A stretch of 62,204 bases of DNA, filler included, from Rhabdomonas costata (lineage: Eukaryota): assembly GCA_019059605.1 (NCBI GenBank). It is 34 parts of 34 records of this genome, joined end to end, with 100 filler letters (N's around TTAATTAATTAA, not from the genome) between each part and the next. Parts side by side here need not be neighbours in the genome. Positions count along the whole stretch, not along the records: positions 1 to 1,733 come from JAHMHO010009892.1; positions 1,834 to 3,564 come from JAHMHO010009893.1; positions 3,665 to 5,397 come from JAHMHO010009894.1; positions 5,498 to 7,226 come from JAHMHO010009895.1; positions 7,327 to 9,059 come from JAHMHO010009896.1; positions 9,160 to 10,892 come from JAHMHO010009897.1; positions 10,993 to 12,725 come from JAHMHO010009898.1; positions 12,826 to 14,558 come from JAHMHO010009899.1; 26 more parts are not named here. One strand, given 5' to 3'. Both the position numbers and the translations under genes were made by a program. Of the stretch, positions 1-13,216 are shown in pieces (position 1 is the first letter of the stretch; every line of letters starts with the position of its first letter). The notes below the pieces were generated by a model. It made no database searches and was not told the DNA's origin. It worked only from the letters and a program-made list of their open reading frames with translations.

Positions 1-104
1 TTTTGTTTTTTTAAGAGTTTTATTGCTACTTTCTTCTTTTTTAATGGTTCTGATTTGGTTTGCCGGTCCACAGCCACGTTTTCGCATCGCTCGCCTGTGC
101 ATAG

Positions 105-1280
105 ATTCATCTGTTCAAGCTGAACACTGAGAAGCTGAAGTTCGATGAATCTGAGACCTTGTCAGCGGGAAGCTCCCTCGCCACGTTCGATTCAGGTTTC
201 GCAGGGGAGTTGTGCGGGTAAACTTGTAACCTTGGTAATAACGCGACAACTTAGGCGATGCTAATTGACTTCACTGCCCCTTTCAAGCTCCCTTGCTCTT
301 TTCTCCTTTCACAACATGATCTAATTTGTTTGACGTCTTGACTGAATCAAGACCTACGAACTCAGAAAGAGGAATCCATGCGAGTTCACCTACTTGTGCA
401 TCTTTACTGCAACCAGACGCGTCTCTGTTCAAAATAATGAAGGACGCCTTGGCTGCTGGTGTTTTTATTACTTTGTTTTCTGTAAAGGGGCTGCTCGGGT
501 TGGTGTGGCGATCTGCTTTGATATTCGCTTCCCTGAGCTGGCGGCAGCGTATCACAATCTGGGGACGCAGCTGGTGGTGTACCCAGGTTTCACAGTTTGG
601 TTCAAGTTTATCTTTCTCAGATCCTCTGCTATCTCTCTCTTTTCTTTCTTCACCACCGCAACTGGCTTTGCACTCCTCCCTTCTCCCCTATTACAATAAC
701 TTTGAAATTTCTTGTCAAGTTTTCGACAAGAAGTGGAGCCTTTTCCTTTTAGATATGCGAGCGAGTGACTGTTGAAGTGCAATTTTTTTAGGCGCATCAA
801 TTTTTTATCCTTTTAATCACGCTATTTTCTATTTTTTTTTCTATTTTCTATCTGGCATCCCTGCAATAATTATATAAACATGTTTGTTTTCGTGCGTAAA
901 ATGTGTGAAGTGTGTGTGTTGGCGTTGGTGTGTGTGTGTGTGTGTGTTGGTGTGTGTGTGTGCGCGCCTTTTCAGGAGCCTTCAACATGGTTACTGGCCC
1001 CGCACACTGGCACCTTGCCGCCCGCTCCAGGTCTGCTTGGCTTGCTCTCATCAGGTGCCGGATGTTATTCATTGCTCGCACTGATCGTAATGGTTTTTGT
1101 GGGTCGGGTGGGGTGCCAGGGCTGTGGACACGCAGCAGTTTGTGGCGCTGTGCAGCCCCGCTCGGGACCCGGACTCCGTGAGCGGGTATGTGGCCTATGG
1201 CCACAGCCTGGTGGTGGATCCCTGGGGCACTGTCTTGGCCGAAGCTGGCGAGGGCGAGGAGACTGTCTTCGCAGATATCG
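105..1280 (+). CDS. NIT2: Carbon-nitrogen hydrolase, omega-amidase NIT2/Nit3-like (partial; exons 105-195, 488-586, 976-1030, 1120-1280)
   Basis: Four GT-AG-bounded exons splice in frame: IHLFKLNTEKLKFDESETLSAGSSLATFDSG-AARVGVAICFDIRFPELAAAYHNLGTQLVVYPG-AFNMVTGPAHWHLAARSR-AVDTQQFVALCSPARD...YVAYGHSLVVDPWGTVLAEAGEGE. Includes the catalytic Cys motif ICFDIRFPE and the nitrilase-family GHS-x-V-V-DPWG motif. Confidence 0.92.
928..962. repeat. Interrupted (GT)n microsatellite in a nitrilase intron
   Basis: Direct inspection; similar GT/CA tracts at ~5057-5075 and ~12619-12642. Confidence 0.9.
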
Positions 1281-1733
1281 GTGCCCGCCACCTGTGTCTC
1301 ACTCCACAAGCACTCGCAATTGCAAAACTGCCCACCTGCAGACTAACGTAACACTCCTTGTCCTTAATCCACAGTCTTTATCAATATCCATAACCCTTGT
1401 TCTGTTCAAGAAGCATCTCGTTATAAACCTTGCTCAAAACTGGTGATCAGGAGAATCGTCACGTCATTGGGGTTCGTTCTCCAATGACTCATACCGCTGC
1501 TTAGTGACTTGAAACGATGCAAACCTGCCTCACGCGCAACTGGACAGAGAAAGAAAACAGAGTTGTGGAGAGCCGCGGAAGGCGTGAGAGGCGCTAAAGT
1601 TAGTGCCCTTTGTGAAGTGTGAGAGAGAGAAATTGTTTTCGAGTTTCCACACACTCAAGCGCGCGCGAATCAAGAAAACAATATGAATTTACGTCCACGT
1701 GCAACGTTTACCCACTCATCTGCGATCCAAAAA

Positions 1734-1833
1734 NNNNNNNNNNNNNNNNNNNNNNNNNNNNNNNNNNNNNNNNNNNNTTAATTAATTAANNNNNNNNNNN
1801 NNNNNNNNNNNNNNNNNNNNNNNNNNNNNNNNN
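1734..1833. other. Artificial contig linker (N-run, TTAATTAATTAA, N-run); first of 33 spaced about every 1.83 kb
   Basis: Same ~100-nt spacer with stop codons in all six frames recurs through the window, and sequence on either side is unrelated. Confidence 0.99.
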
Positions 1834-2521
1834 TGTTGGGGGGTGCCGAAAAACCCGTTTTTAAGCGGATTTGAGGGTTTTTTGAGGCTCTGGGGACGGA
1901 TTTTTGGGGCAAAACCCTTCAGGCTTCAGAAGGGGTGAAAAAGAGGGTACATCGGCCGCTTCGGGAAACTGGTGATTCGGTTGATTGCAATACCGGCCAA
2001 CCGCGGGGATCCTCCTCAAAGTAGGTCTAATCCGTTTTGGGATAAGCATGCGCCCTCGTTTCGTTACGGGACCCCTTAGCGCTGCGCCTGGCCCGCAGCG
2101 CCCTTACTTGTTTTGTGCAATCGACACGATCTGAAAGTTCGAACCGCGTTTTTCCTTGTATTCTTTCTTGGGTGATGTGTACTGACAACGACTCTAGTAC
2201 TGCAGCACTACTGCTACAGATTGAATTCACTGCCGTGCTACACTTTAGTTTATCATACCAAACTGCATAAATCGGGCAATTCTTTTCGTTGGAAAGCTGA
2301 GACCGACCTGAACTTCTTAGACAGGATGGTGATGGTGATGGTATGGTGAGCGTGGGGAACACTATGTTTTGCAATCCACACGGTCCGCAGTGAGCTCTTC
2401 ACCACAATTCGCGTGGCCTGCCTGACATCCTGCGTTCTGTTCAATTTTCTCTCACTCCTCAGCACTGCTCTTGCCTTTCTTTCTTCCATTCACGAAGTAC
2501 TGCGGTAGTGAATTTTTGGAG

Positions 2522-3300
2522 ATGCCAGCCTCCGTACTGCCGCTGTTGGGTCTCCTTGTTCTGTCCGCGGTGGCCTCTGTGCATTCCGAGGTTCCCGCAG
2601 ACTGGACCCTGGTCTTGGTGAACCAGGTGAAACCCTGCCGTGGAGCCCCGAGCTACACCAACACTCTCTCCGTGTTCCCGGTGAATCGCCCCCCAGGTGG
2701 GGACACTATCCCTCTGGGCACTATCTACCCGCTCACAAAGAGCAGCTTGAACCAGTTCGGGCTTGTGGGCATCCAGGTTGTGCCCCCTACTGTCTCTCTG
2801 GGTGTGCCCCTGTGCCGTTTCGTCGAAGTTGTCAGGCGCCCTTTTCTTTGCGGCATTGTCACCTGTCAGGGAATTTTTACTTTGTTTTAGCTAATGGAGT
2901 TTGTGGGGTGAAATGTGCGGAGGTGCAGCGGCAAGACTGGCGTATCATTGGTGCGGCGTGTAGCTGCTTTTTTTGGATACAGGATGCAAAGGTCTGGCCT
3001 CCTTTGCTGTGCATATCTCTTCCTTTCGTCTTCATTTTCCAAAGGAGAATGGCCTGTACTGCCGGAGTGCGGCGGGCTCTGGGTGCTGCGATCCCGACAA
3101 TTCGGGCATGATGATCATCCCGAGCGACAGCGACTGCAGCGTGAAGACCGATAAACCGTGGTGCTGTGGGCAGGACACCGTGGAGCGCACCGAGAACATC
3201 GTGGACTGGGCCTCCTCAGGGACCTTCCCCAACTGCGTGCTGACACTCACCCGGAAGGCGAACGCGCCGGACTGCCAGACCGATCCGACGCAGTGCCCAG
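2522..3300 (+). CDS. Secreted cysteine-rich protein of unknown family (5' part; exons 2522-2776, 3045-3300)
   Basis: ATG at 2522, signal-peptide-like MPASVLPLLGLLVLSAVASVHS. Phase-0 splice GIQ|ENGLYC using GT at 2777 and AG at 3043-3044. Exon 2 is Cys-rich (GCCDPD, PWCCGQ, PNCV, PDCQ, TQCP) with GC3-rich codons. Confidence 0.75.
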
Positions 3301-4280
3301 GTGCGTCACTGAGCGCAAGAGAGGGGAGATGAGGTGAGTCGCGTTGTGAGGCAGACGATCAATGCGTGCAGGCGTGGTGTCTTTGGACGTGTGGCCCGGC
3401 CAGCACTGTGCGTGCCGAAGGCAAGAGATACGTACTTGAGCACCTTGTGCTGGGAGGGGTGAGGTTATTTTTTCGAGCTTCTTCATGCAAGGTGTAGGGA
3501 GGTCCACGGAGCGGGGAAGCAGGTCACTCTCGCGGTTGATAGAATGCAGGCGATTTTCTAAATCNNNNNNNNNNNNNNNNNNNNNNNNNNNNNNNNNNNN
3601 NNNNNNNNTTAATTAATTAANNNNNNNNNNNNNNNNNNNNNNNNNNNNNNNNNNNNNNNNNNNNGTTTTTTTGGAAAAAGGCGTGTGCATTTGACCAAAA
3701 AAGCACTCGAGTATAATGGTTTCGCGCCTGTGGCTCAACAGCTTTGCTACAATGAATTTTTGACGTATATACCAGAAACTATATGCTACATTTTGCCCTG
3801 CGAAGGCCACAAGGTTAGGTCTTGAATTTCTACCACATAAATCATCCGAAACGTCATAATGTTGTTCTGAGTCTAACGTACGGTCTAACGTACCTCACAA
3901 TTGCACATCGTGCTGTAGCACTCAGGCTTGCCCATAGACATAGAGCTAATATGACAAACTGAGATGTACGTTCTGAATGTTCTACGAGCAACGAGGAGGG
4001 CAATATATAGGGCAATATGAATATGAAAGGAAAAACTGCACCAACCAATGCCTAGATGCCATGTATGGGAAACCTCAATCAAAATCGTTGAAAGAAGAAA
4101 CTCTATACAGCTGAAACGAGCTCACTTCACTTCATTACAACTCCCACCAGTACCTCCCAAATAAAGGCACACAAAGAAATCGGGCAAGGAAGAAAAACAA
4201 CCACACATTTCTCAAGGCTTCTGGGATATGCTTCTGGGAGAAAAATTGCCTAAATTGCCTGTCGCACAGAACGCACACAC

Positions 4281-5384
4281 TTTCTCAGCTCAGCGAGGTT
4301 CCTTGCTGTATGTCCGAAGCTCTCCTGCAGCAAAGGAAAGAAGATAAGCCAAAGGGAAACACCTAAAAGCCTTTGACTCCGCCAGAAAATAGACTGTGAT
4401 GTCGATTTTTCCGAACAGGGTGCCACAGCCACGAGTTAGGAAAAGGTTCCACAGAAACGACGCACAAACAAAGCGCACAGAAGGTTAGTTCCCCTGACAG
4501 TAAATCAGCTGTGAGCAGAGCTACAAAGGGGTCGACCTCTCCGAGAGAGGCGTTGCAGAGCAGAATGGCAAAATTTGTTCTTGCGCAAACCAGGTAATCC
4601 CCTCCGTGGCGCCAGCTTCGAGGCACCCCCCCCCGGAACCTTATCCAAACCCGAACGCCTTTAACAATGTTAGCAATGTAAGGGCCTGTGCCGACAGTGT
4701 GTTTGCACACCGCGAAACCACACGAAACCAAAACGACTCGAAAAAAGAAGCACCAGACAAGAGAAATCAAGATGAACCCTTTTCCATTGAGAAGGACCCT
4801 TCTCAAATCGAGCATTCTCATTTATTCTACAAAATTAATTCCCACATTTTGCTAAGTGTATTTCAACAAAGGCACCCAAAGGAAGCCTCATTTTGATGTG
4901 CAGGTTCCTTGAGAGTCTTTTGCTGTTTGATCACCGCGTAGGAAATTCTCTTTTAGGAGACCCACACCCACTTTCCGTGGCTAAAAACAAAAACAGATGC
5001 CACCACAAGGCCCTTCCATCTCTTCCAGCCAAGGTCAACAAGCCGTCCAAGGTTGATGTGTGTGTGTGTGTGTGTTGGGCGCATTGCGCGCTGGCTTTGC
5101 CTGGGTGACTGGTTGCTTGGTTGTTGGTGACCACTGCGTGTGTGTGCCTGCGTGCGCGCCACAAGGTGCTGTACTTCTTCATATGTATGCCACCACCCAC
5201 CAATTTGCGGCTTCAGTGTCATGCTGTTCAGCTCACCTGCATCTGCCGAATCTCGCGCAGCCAGGACAGGCCAGTGGCGCGGCCTTGATGGTCCATCTGA
5301 ACGTCCATCCGGGCGACCCTATCCAGGTATGCCGCCAAGGAGCGCAGCGGGGTGGTGATGGCCAGGCTGAAGATCACAGCAGCT
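4281..5384 (-). CDS. HAMP-domain membrane receptor fragment, probably a receptor-type adenylate/guanylate cyclase (exons ~5384-5237, 4324-4281)
   Basis: Spliced peptide AAVIFSLAITTPLRSLAAYLDRVARMDV...SWLREIRQMQ|ESFGHTARNLAELRK: end of a TM helix followed by the HAMP pattern (I..PL..L....VA.M...EI..M..SF). GT-AG borders are in frame. The cyclase domain itself is not in the contig. Confidence 0.72.
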
Positions 5385-6473
5385 AGCACAACAAACCNNN
5401 NNNNNNNNNNNNNNNNNNNNNNNNNNNNNNNNNNNNNNNNNTTAATTAATTAANNNNNNNNNNNNNNNNNNNNNNNNNNNNNNNNNNNNNNNNNNNNTTG
5501 GGGTGGCATCTTGGAGATCTGCCATCCCAGAAGCACCGCCAGCCAGGGAAGGGCTGCGGTCAGGAACATGATGGCAAGAGGTGAGGGCCCAGAAAAAAAC
5601 AAGGACAGCTGCTCAAGAATGAGTGAGATTAGTAGAGAGAGTGTGGGACACCAAATAAAATGGAAAAGCATCGGGTGAAAGTCGTATCGTCATTGCACGG
5701 GGCAAAGGTTTGCTTTCTGCACTGAGCACCTAGCTCGTGCATCTCCTAACCCCATCACGTGGGCGCCGCACCGTGCTAAAGGGTCTACTGGAACTTGGGC
5801 GGGGGGGGGCAAAAGAATTGTGCCCGGCCATACGAGGGATGTGCGCCATGTCAGCACACAAGCGGTATAGCACTGCGGCTTGCTCGCCCCACCTCCCTCC
5901 TTCAAATCATAATGACACGTTGTTGTTCACTTCCCTTGGGCTCTTTGCTTATTGGGCTCGAGTACCAAGCGTTGACCACTGCACCAGTGTGGCCAAGCGG
6001 ACTGATGGACTGGAAAACGGATGGTAAAAGGCACTGTTCGGGTGTCAGAATTGGGCATTGGGAAGCGGACTGCTGTAGTGCAGGAGTGGGGCAAAGACGA
6101 CCCAGCAAAGACACGGTTGCTCCCCTTAGAGCCAACAGTGTAACAGTGCCATGCAAGCACGCCGCCCTGAACTTCCACCGGAGAGACATCAAGAGAGAGA
6201 AGATCAGAAACAATCGGTATAGTGAGTAACAGCCCCACCGCGGGCGGCGGGCCGGTAAGAGCATCGAACTCCTGGGCATCTTCCATCCTTATGTGAAGGA
6301 GCTCATGCCATTCAGGAATACACAGACATACACACGTCATCGGCATCGAAAGAAGCGCAGTCGAGTGTTCTCGCATTACAAGCACATCTCCGGACACGCT
6401 CCCCACACAAAAATGAACTGCAGCCACCACACAAACAACCCCGGCGCTGAACACTGCGACGCCATTTGGTCCA

Positions 6474-6732
6474 TCAGCTGTGATCGGCACAGCGGCCCCT
6501 TAGATACGCAGGAAGACCCTCCTCAGACTCATCCAGAAGAATGTCATCGGGTTTTCCTCCACCCCCAGCGCCAGGGCTGCACGCCACGCCACGGTGAATT
6601 GCCGCCGCCTTGCGCTGCTTCTCCAGCTCCAGGTGCTGGTGCAAGTCCCGGGTGAACTCCTTCAGCCAGGAGGCCTCGCCCCCGCCATCACCGACTGGGG
6701 GAAGGTTGACCCCTTCCCAGTGATCCGTCAGC
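6474..6732 (-). CDS. Probable terminal exon of an unknown protein (LTDHWEGVNLPPV...WLKEFTRDLHQHLELEKQRK...)
   Basis: Follows a ttttgcag acceptor, has coding-like codon usage and ends at TGA. No family recognised. Confidence 0.45.
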
Positions 6733-9529
6733 TGCAAAAGATAATGCAAGTGCTCTCCAAGGCATCGCACACCCCCTTCAACTGAGTGTGACTGACTTCA
6801 CTCGAGGTGGACACGGAACGGAGTTATACATCAATAAAACAAACCAATGAGCGGCTGTTCTTCGCATTGAGGAGATAATTGTATTGGGGGCACAAACCAT
6901 TTAACAAAATCAAAGGGAGGTTGGGTAAGGTGCACCTGTACCACTACATTATGCTATTTTTCCGAAAAGGAGTTAAATATTCTGTTCTTCCCTTCCGTTG
7001 CCGATGGTTAACGGCGTTATACATATAGCCCCGAAAATACAGTAGCCCCGAATGAGAGAGCACACGGGATATTCAACAGGGCTTCGTGCGAATGACAATG
7101 CATGTGTGGAAACTCGAAAGCAATCACACACTTCAGAAAGGGCTGTTTGCGAATACATGTGAAGGGAAGAGAATAGAAAATAAAATAATCACGCCTTTCA
7201 GCACTGGTTTTGTACGACAACCAACANNNNNNNNNNNNNNNNNNNNNNNNNNNNNNNNNNNNNNNNNNNNTTAATTAATTAANNNNNNNNNNNNNNNNNN
7301 NNNNNNNNNNNNNNNNNNNNNNNNNNAGCTATGAACGTCAGCAGGTGTGTGGCGGAATTTCCCTCCTTTCTCACAAACTGACATATTATTTCTTGCATTT
7401 GAAGGAGAGAGTGTGTGTAGGGACGAGAAGGCAGTTGCAAGCTTACAAGAAAAAGGAAAGAAAAGGCACAAGGTCAGCATGTCGCGACCAGTAAGGCAGA
7501 TATAAGGTTCGGTTTCGGTTTCTGTTGTGCAGGCACCTATCCAAAGGGCACCATGACACACAAGTGGAAAACGGAACTAAGCTGAGGTGTTTCTATCTTT
7601 CCACAAGGAATCGATCATGTGCCGCCCCCTTGCGCTCACACATGCACACCGGAGGCGTAAGGCAGAGGAAACCGAAGGCCTGACAGAGCGGTTAGGTTGG
7701 GCAGGAAGTACGTAAAAGTGTACCTGTCCAAGAAAACACCCCCTCATTTTCTCTATGTGCCCCAGAGTCCTAGCATTTCGTTCTCTGAGCAGGATCCGGG
7801 GTAGCAAAAATGTTACTGTTTTCAAGTTTCTGCGCGTTATTTTTGTGCAAATTTTTGCCAACTAAACATGATCCAGCCCGGTTTCCGTTCAACGTCTCCT
7901 CCCAATCTCTACCCTTCTCTTCCACTCCGTTCATTCAAAAATGCACCTGGCGAAGCAAACCAACTGTTACTTCTACCGCTGAGTTGAAATCAATGCTCCA
8001 GATAATGGTGACGGCCGTCCACTGTCTGCAACATCGTCGTTGCCCAATGCGGCACCAGTTGGGTTGGTTAGGTGGAACATCATCTATTGACCAAAGGGCC
8101 CGCTGTCGCCCTTATTCCCCCGCGTGGGTGAGAGGGCGTTGCCAACTCCCACAGGTACTTTTCCTCAGCGAGTGATGACGGATGCGTGGGGGACCACAAA
8201 ATCCACTTGCAGAAATATAATCCTAGTGGGTACCACAGTCTGCATACCTCCCCCCACACGATCATCGAGGGAATGGGGAGATATGACCCGTTTCGCCTGA
8301 AAACTCAGAGGTCAAAAAGTTTCCAAAAAGAGAGAGAGACATTTCGGGACTACAGAGGTTTGGTGGGGGAAAATGGGGCCGTGACTGTCTTTTATGAACT
8401 TGCGTGGGTTAATTGGGTGCCGCTTTTTATGCCATAAAAGTACGTATGCCTCCCCAAATTGGTGACAGCGGTTGCTCAATGCGAAGTGAAGGAAATTGTT
8501 CAATTTGATGATGTGCATCTTTCCTCCAGAGTTCTGAGTATTTGTTTGCGTTGGGGAAACTCTCACTTTGAGATGAAACGGGCCAAAACTGGGGAAACGC
8601 AGCAGTTAAGAAAGGAGGCCACAGGCTGTGCACCTAAGGGGCCCAGCGGTGTTGTCCACCCAGTCCGCGGACACCAGGCTTAGAACGGACACATTCGAAG
8701 AGCGGTTGACTAACGCGGCGTCAAACCTACAGAAACATCAAAGGGAAAATCCGGACTCATCGAGCCCAACTCCAAATCGAACCAGAGAGCCGAAAATTGC
8801 ACTGTATTTAGGAAGCAAAATCAAGCCTATGTGCAGGAAGGGAGGCAAGGGAGTGAAGATTTGCACCGAAGTGGTCCTACCCCCGATTTCCGCGGTGACC
8901 CCTGACCATTAATGCAGGCCAGGAGACGATAAAGTAGAAAGAAACAGAAAATAGGAAGAAACACAAACACTCCTGCATAACCGATCCCTCCTCCAGCCAC
9001 GCACGCACACACGGGTCCCTGCTCTGCACACCACCCCAGCGCTGGGGGCATGTTCAGGGNNNNNNNNNNNNNNNNNNNNNNNNNNNNNNNNNNNNNNNNN
9101 NNNTTAATTAATTAANNNNNNNNNNNNNNNNNNNNNNNNNNNNNNNNNNNNNNNNNNNNTTAACGTTGTTGCAAAGCACATCCTCTAAGTTGTTATAAAG
9201 CGCGAAAAATGTCCGACAACCAGGAGAATATCCGGTGTTGTCCGTGATAAAGGAGGTGAAGGATGGCTCTTCCAAATGTTAGTTATCGAGTGAACGGTCT
9301 GACTGTTGTACCCAAGATAAAGCGTTGCTTTGTGAATGGAGTGTTGTGACAGAAGAGATTTCGGAGAATGCTCCATTGGAAGAGTGGTTAGAAGAACGGC
9401 ATGGAATAGCCGTCAGCAGCATCCGTAGCGGCAAGGGAAGTTGCACGGTACCGCTTTTCGTTCTGCCCTTCCAAAACGTTGTCAAGGAAGTGGATGGGTT
9501 CTTCTGGAATCCCCCCGACCCTCTTCCAC

Positions 9530-10700
9530 TCAGCCGCTATTGTTTCTGCCGTTATGGATTGGGACAATCCAAGTGAGAGCTCTGCTGGACTCAGGAGCGT
9601 TGGACTCCTTTATAAGTGAAGAGGTGGTGCAGCGTTTGATACTACAGCTGTACCCGCTTTAGCAGAAGCTCGCAGTGAGAGTGGCCAATGGGGAAGGCCT
9701 CCCTGTGACTCATTTCGTGAAGATTGTGGGAAGGTTGGATGCAATGCCGGTAAAGATATACTTGAGAGTGATAAAGGCGGCCATCCAGGTGGTACTGGGA
9801 TATCCGCTCTTGACTCGGCTACAACCCCAGATTGATTGAAAACGCCGTTTTGTTAAATTGTGGAGAAGCGAACTGATATATGAGATTCAGGCGTTACCAG
9901 CTATAGATTCCTTCCGCATCACTTGTTCAACTACGGGCATGTTGGAGGCGGAGCGAGACAGCGAACAGAACTCTCGAGCAGTCCAAGTTTCCTTTTGGGA
10001 TCGCGGCCCCCCTGGAAAGATCAGCAGTGGAAGAAAGAGCACCAAAAGCTGGTCTTTTTCTGCCAATGGGAAGTTAATGAACTTGCCCAGGAAAGAGGTG
10101 GAGAAACTGATAAAGGAAGTGGATCACAGCATCTGTTGCCACACGTGTGAGGTTTCACACACCACCCCAGAGACTGAGAAGCTAAATCTGGAGTTTGCAA
10201 GAAGTTTTTCAGATTCAGTTCTTGGAGAGATTCAACCCTCCAGAAGAACATATCATCGGATAGACTTGAAACCGGACAGCAAGGTCCCAGCGCAAAGGCT
10301 ATATTGTATCGTATATGAGGAGCTGAAGAAGCAACTAAATAGGTTTCAAGACCTCTGTTTCATAGAGCCATCAACTTTGGGACTGTGTGGCTTTTACCAG
10401 AGGTTCGTGGAAGAAAAAAGAATGGATTTGAAGTGAAGCGAAGGAGAATGCTTCAGGCTAGATTGCTAAAGCATGCTGTTCTTGTGGTGCAAGACTTTCA
10501 GAAGCCGATGGTGATTCAAACCGATGCTTTGGAAGTGTGGATTGGAGCCACACTGTCGCAGGAAGGTGACGATGGGCAGTTACATCTCCTGGCGTGCCGG
10601 TCTAGAAAGCTGTCGACGGAAGAAAAGAATTAACATGTCAGCAGGATTTTAGCGTTCTTGGATACATTGGAGGAGTGGAGACATTACCTGTGGTGGCAGA
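9530..10700 (+). mobile_element. Degenerate Ty3/gypsy LTR retrotransposon pol: aspartic protease, RT N-terminus and RNase H, with RT core deleted
   Basis: Protease VRALLDSGALDSFISEEVV, VRVANG, VVLGYPLL; RT start HRIDLKPDSKVPAQRLY...EELKKQL...FIEPS; LGLCGFYQRFV; RNase H KPMVIQTDALEVWIGATLSQ...LLACRSRKLSTEEKN and LEEWRHYL. Several in-frame stops and frameshifts. Confidence 0.9.
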
Positions 10701-13216
10701 AGTTGAGGGGAGATGAGGGCAAACGGCGGAGAGACGAAGCAGTAAGCGGAAGGCTCTTGCGCTCAAAGGCGAAGAGCTTGGAGGGACTGCGTGAGTCCCT
10801 AATGGCTTGTTCGATAACGCTCTGGACCCACCCACCCACCACACCCTCATAGTTGGAGTCGAACCGATGTTTCTGACTTTTACCAAAAGTTTNNNNNNNN
10901 NNNNNNNNNNNNNNNNNNNNNNNNNNNNNNNNNNNNTTAATTAATTAANNNNNNNNNNNNNNNNNNNNNNNNNNNNNNNNNNNNNNNNNNNNTTTGTGTG
11001 GTTTCTGTGTGCCTTTGTTTGGGTAGGGCGAGAGGGGGAGCGTGCGAGCCAGCCACACTTCACCGAATCATCGAAAAAAAGCCGTGCAGCGCGGAAGTGA
11101 AATTTGTATTTACCGGCATTCCCGCATCCTGGCTGAGCATCGGAGCGGTTTAATTGATCTCAGCTTAAAGTTGTCGGCAGATATAGACAATTCGGTTGTG
11201 CTGATTGTGTGCAGGGATTCCCACAGATTCGCATTTTTTGAGGGCCGTTCTTTCGAAGATCACAAGAAATACACTGACTTTCGGCTGCAGAAGTCAATTT
11301 ACTTTTTCAAGAAGGGCCAATGCCGGCCAGTCGTTCATTGCGTGATGAAAAGGGGAAGGTAATATTATATGTTATTTTGTTGGTACTATTCTAGTGTTAT
11401 GATCGACAGGTCCAGGGCTGACCTTATAGCATTTCCCAAGCGAATGTCTCGGTTCACAGAGGCACATTTTGCTAATATACGTTTAGCGTTGATTTTGCGC
11501 ACAGCTAGAATGGAAGATCGGAGTATTTCTTCAGAGATACGCGTATCGTTACCATACCCGTACCTTTTGCTCTCGCTTTCACGTAAAACTGCGCGAGGTC
11601 CCCTTCACCAAAGAGTTTGCTCTAGTGGAACGTCCTGTTTGTGTGCGCGTTTGGTGCTGGTATATTTGCAGGAAAATCCCTCTACGTGTTGTCCACCCAC
11701 CTCATGCCCGCAGAAATCGCATCGCAGCAGAAGTCGCATTTGAGTCGTTGAAGTGAATGGACGATTGAGTGAGCACGTGTGCCAATTACCGTTTCTGCGT
11801 CCCTTCTCTGATCTCTCCACCGGACCACTGCGACTGCGTTGGCACTGAATTGGATTGCCCGCAGGTCTCCGTTCTTATTGTTATTTTCGTTTCTGTTGTA
11901 GTAACAGGCGTGGAGAGAAGTATTTTCCAGTATTTTTGGCAGCCTGCACTTCGTCTTCCATGACATTTGCTTTTTGTTGATCCAATCCCTCACACATGCA
12001 CCACTAAGTGCAACACGAACACGTCAACACGTGTCTCTCTTATAATCCTCCTATAATTTTGGGTGCAGTCACAGGCATGGTACGTGTTTTGCTCATTCTT
12101 TATGGAACGGGATACCTTTTGGTGGGTTGTCCAATCTATTGGTGCTGTGGTCTCTTCTTTTGGATTCCTCATCGGGGTGCTGAGAATTGGGCCGAGCCAT
12201 TGCGGTGGTGGAGTCCCATTCCTCCCTTTTGCAACTCTGCGAATTGAGCTCGCTTGTCAACTATCCCCTTCACGCTTTTGCAATTGATTTGGGAATCAGG
12301 TGTAATAGGATGGCAACAGAACAATGGGCGTGGTGGTGGGTATCATCTGAATTTCTGAAGATAGTGAGGAGGGCATAGTAGTGAGATAGCGGCGTAAGTG
12401 GGCTAGAATAGAGTGGTTTGCGTGGGCTGTGGGTATCACGAACAGTGAGGGCTGGACGGATGGGTGGGTGGCGGCCACCTGAGAGAGGGGCAAGACACCG
12501 TGGGCCGACAAGGGCGTGAGGCCCGATGGGCCCATGCCCCATGAAGAAGGTGGGAGCTCAGGTGGGAAGTGAACCTCAAGCCCTCCCTAGAAAAATTTAC
12601 CCTCCGCCACGGGCACCTCGTGTGTGTGTGTGTGTGTGTGTGGCATCTGTGTGGCCCCCACGTTTCGCAGGGGAAGACCTGGCTGGGGCCTCCCGCCTAA
12701 TCAAGACCAGGGCTTTGCATCGTGANNNNNNNNNNNNNNNNNNNNNNNNNNNNNNNNNNNNNNNNNNNNTTAATTAATTAANNNNNNNNNNNNNNNNNNN
12801 NNNNNNNNNNNNNNNNNNNNNNNNNTGACGCCGCCTTTTTCTTAAACGTAATTCTGTTTCCATTCATCATGATTCTGTTGGCGTTCTGGCGCCATTCCCT
12901 CCCTTGCACTTTCCGCTCTATTTTCCACTGTTTGTCGGCTTCTAGGTTCCCAAAAATCGTAGACTCCCCCAAAAGCCCTCTTCAATTCGCAGGCCGGGTA
13001 TGCCAGTTTGCTCCAGAGATTCCTTTTCTATGCCAAACTCCATACGCACTCCGACAACTGCATCCTGGTCCTTTTCACATAATCAAAGAGATGAACATTT
13101 ACTAGCCATAACATCACACTTAAATGGCACAGGAACGCTCCATATCCCCTCTTTCTCGTAACTTGTACCAGAGCTGCCGATTACAGTTTGCGCACTTGCT
13201 TATCTTCTCCCACCAG

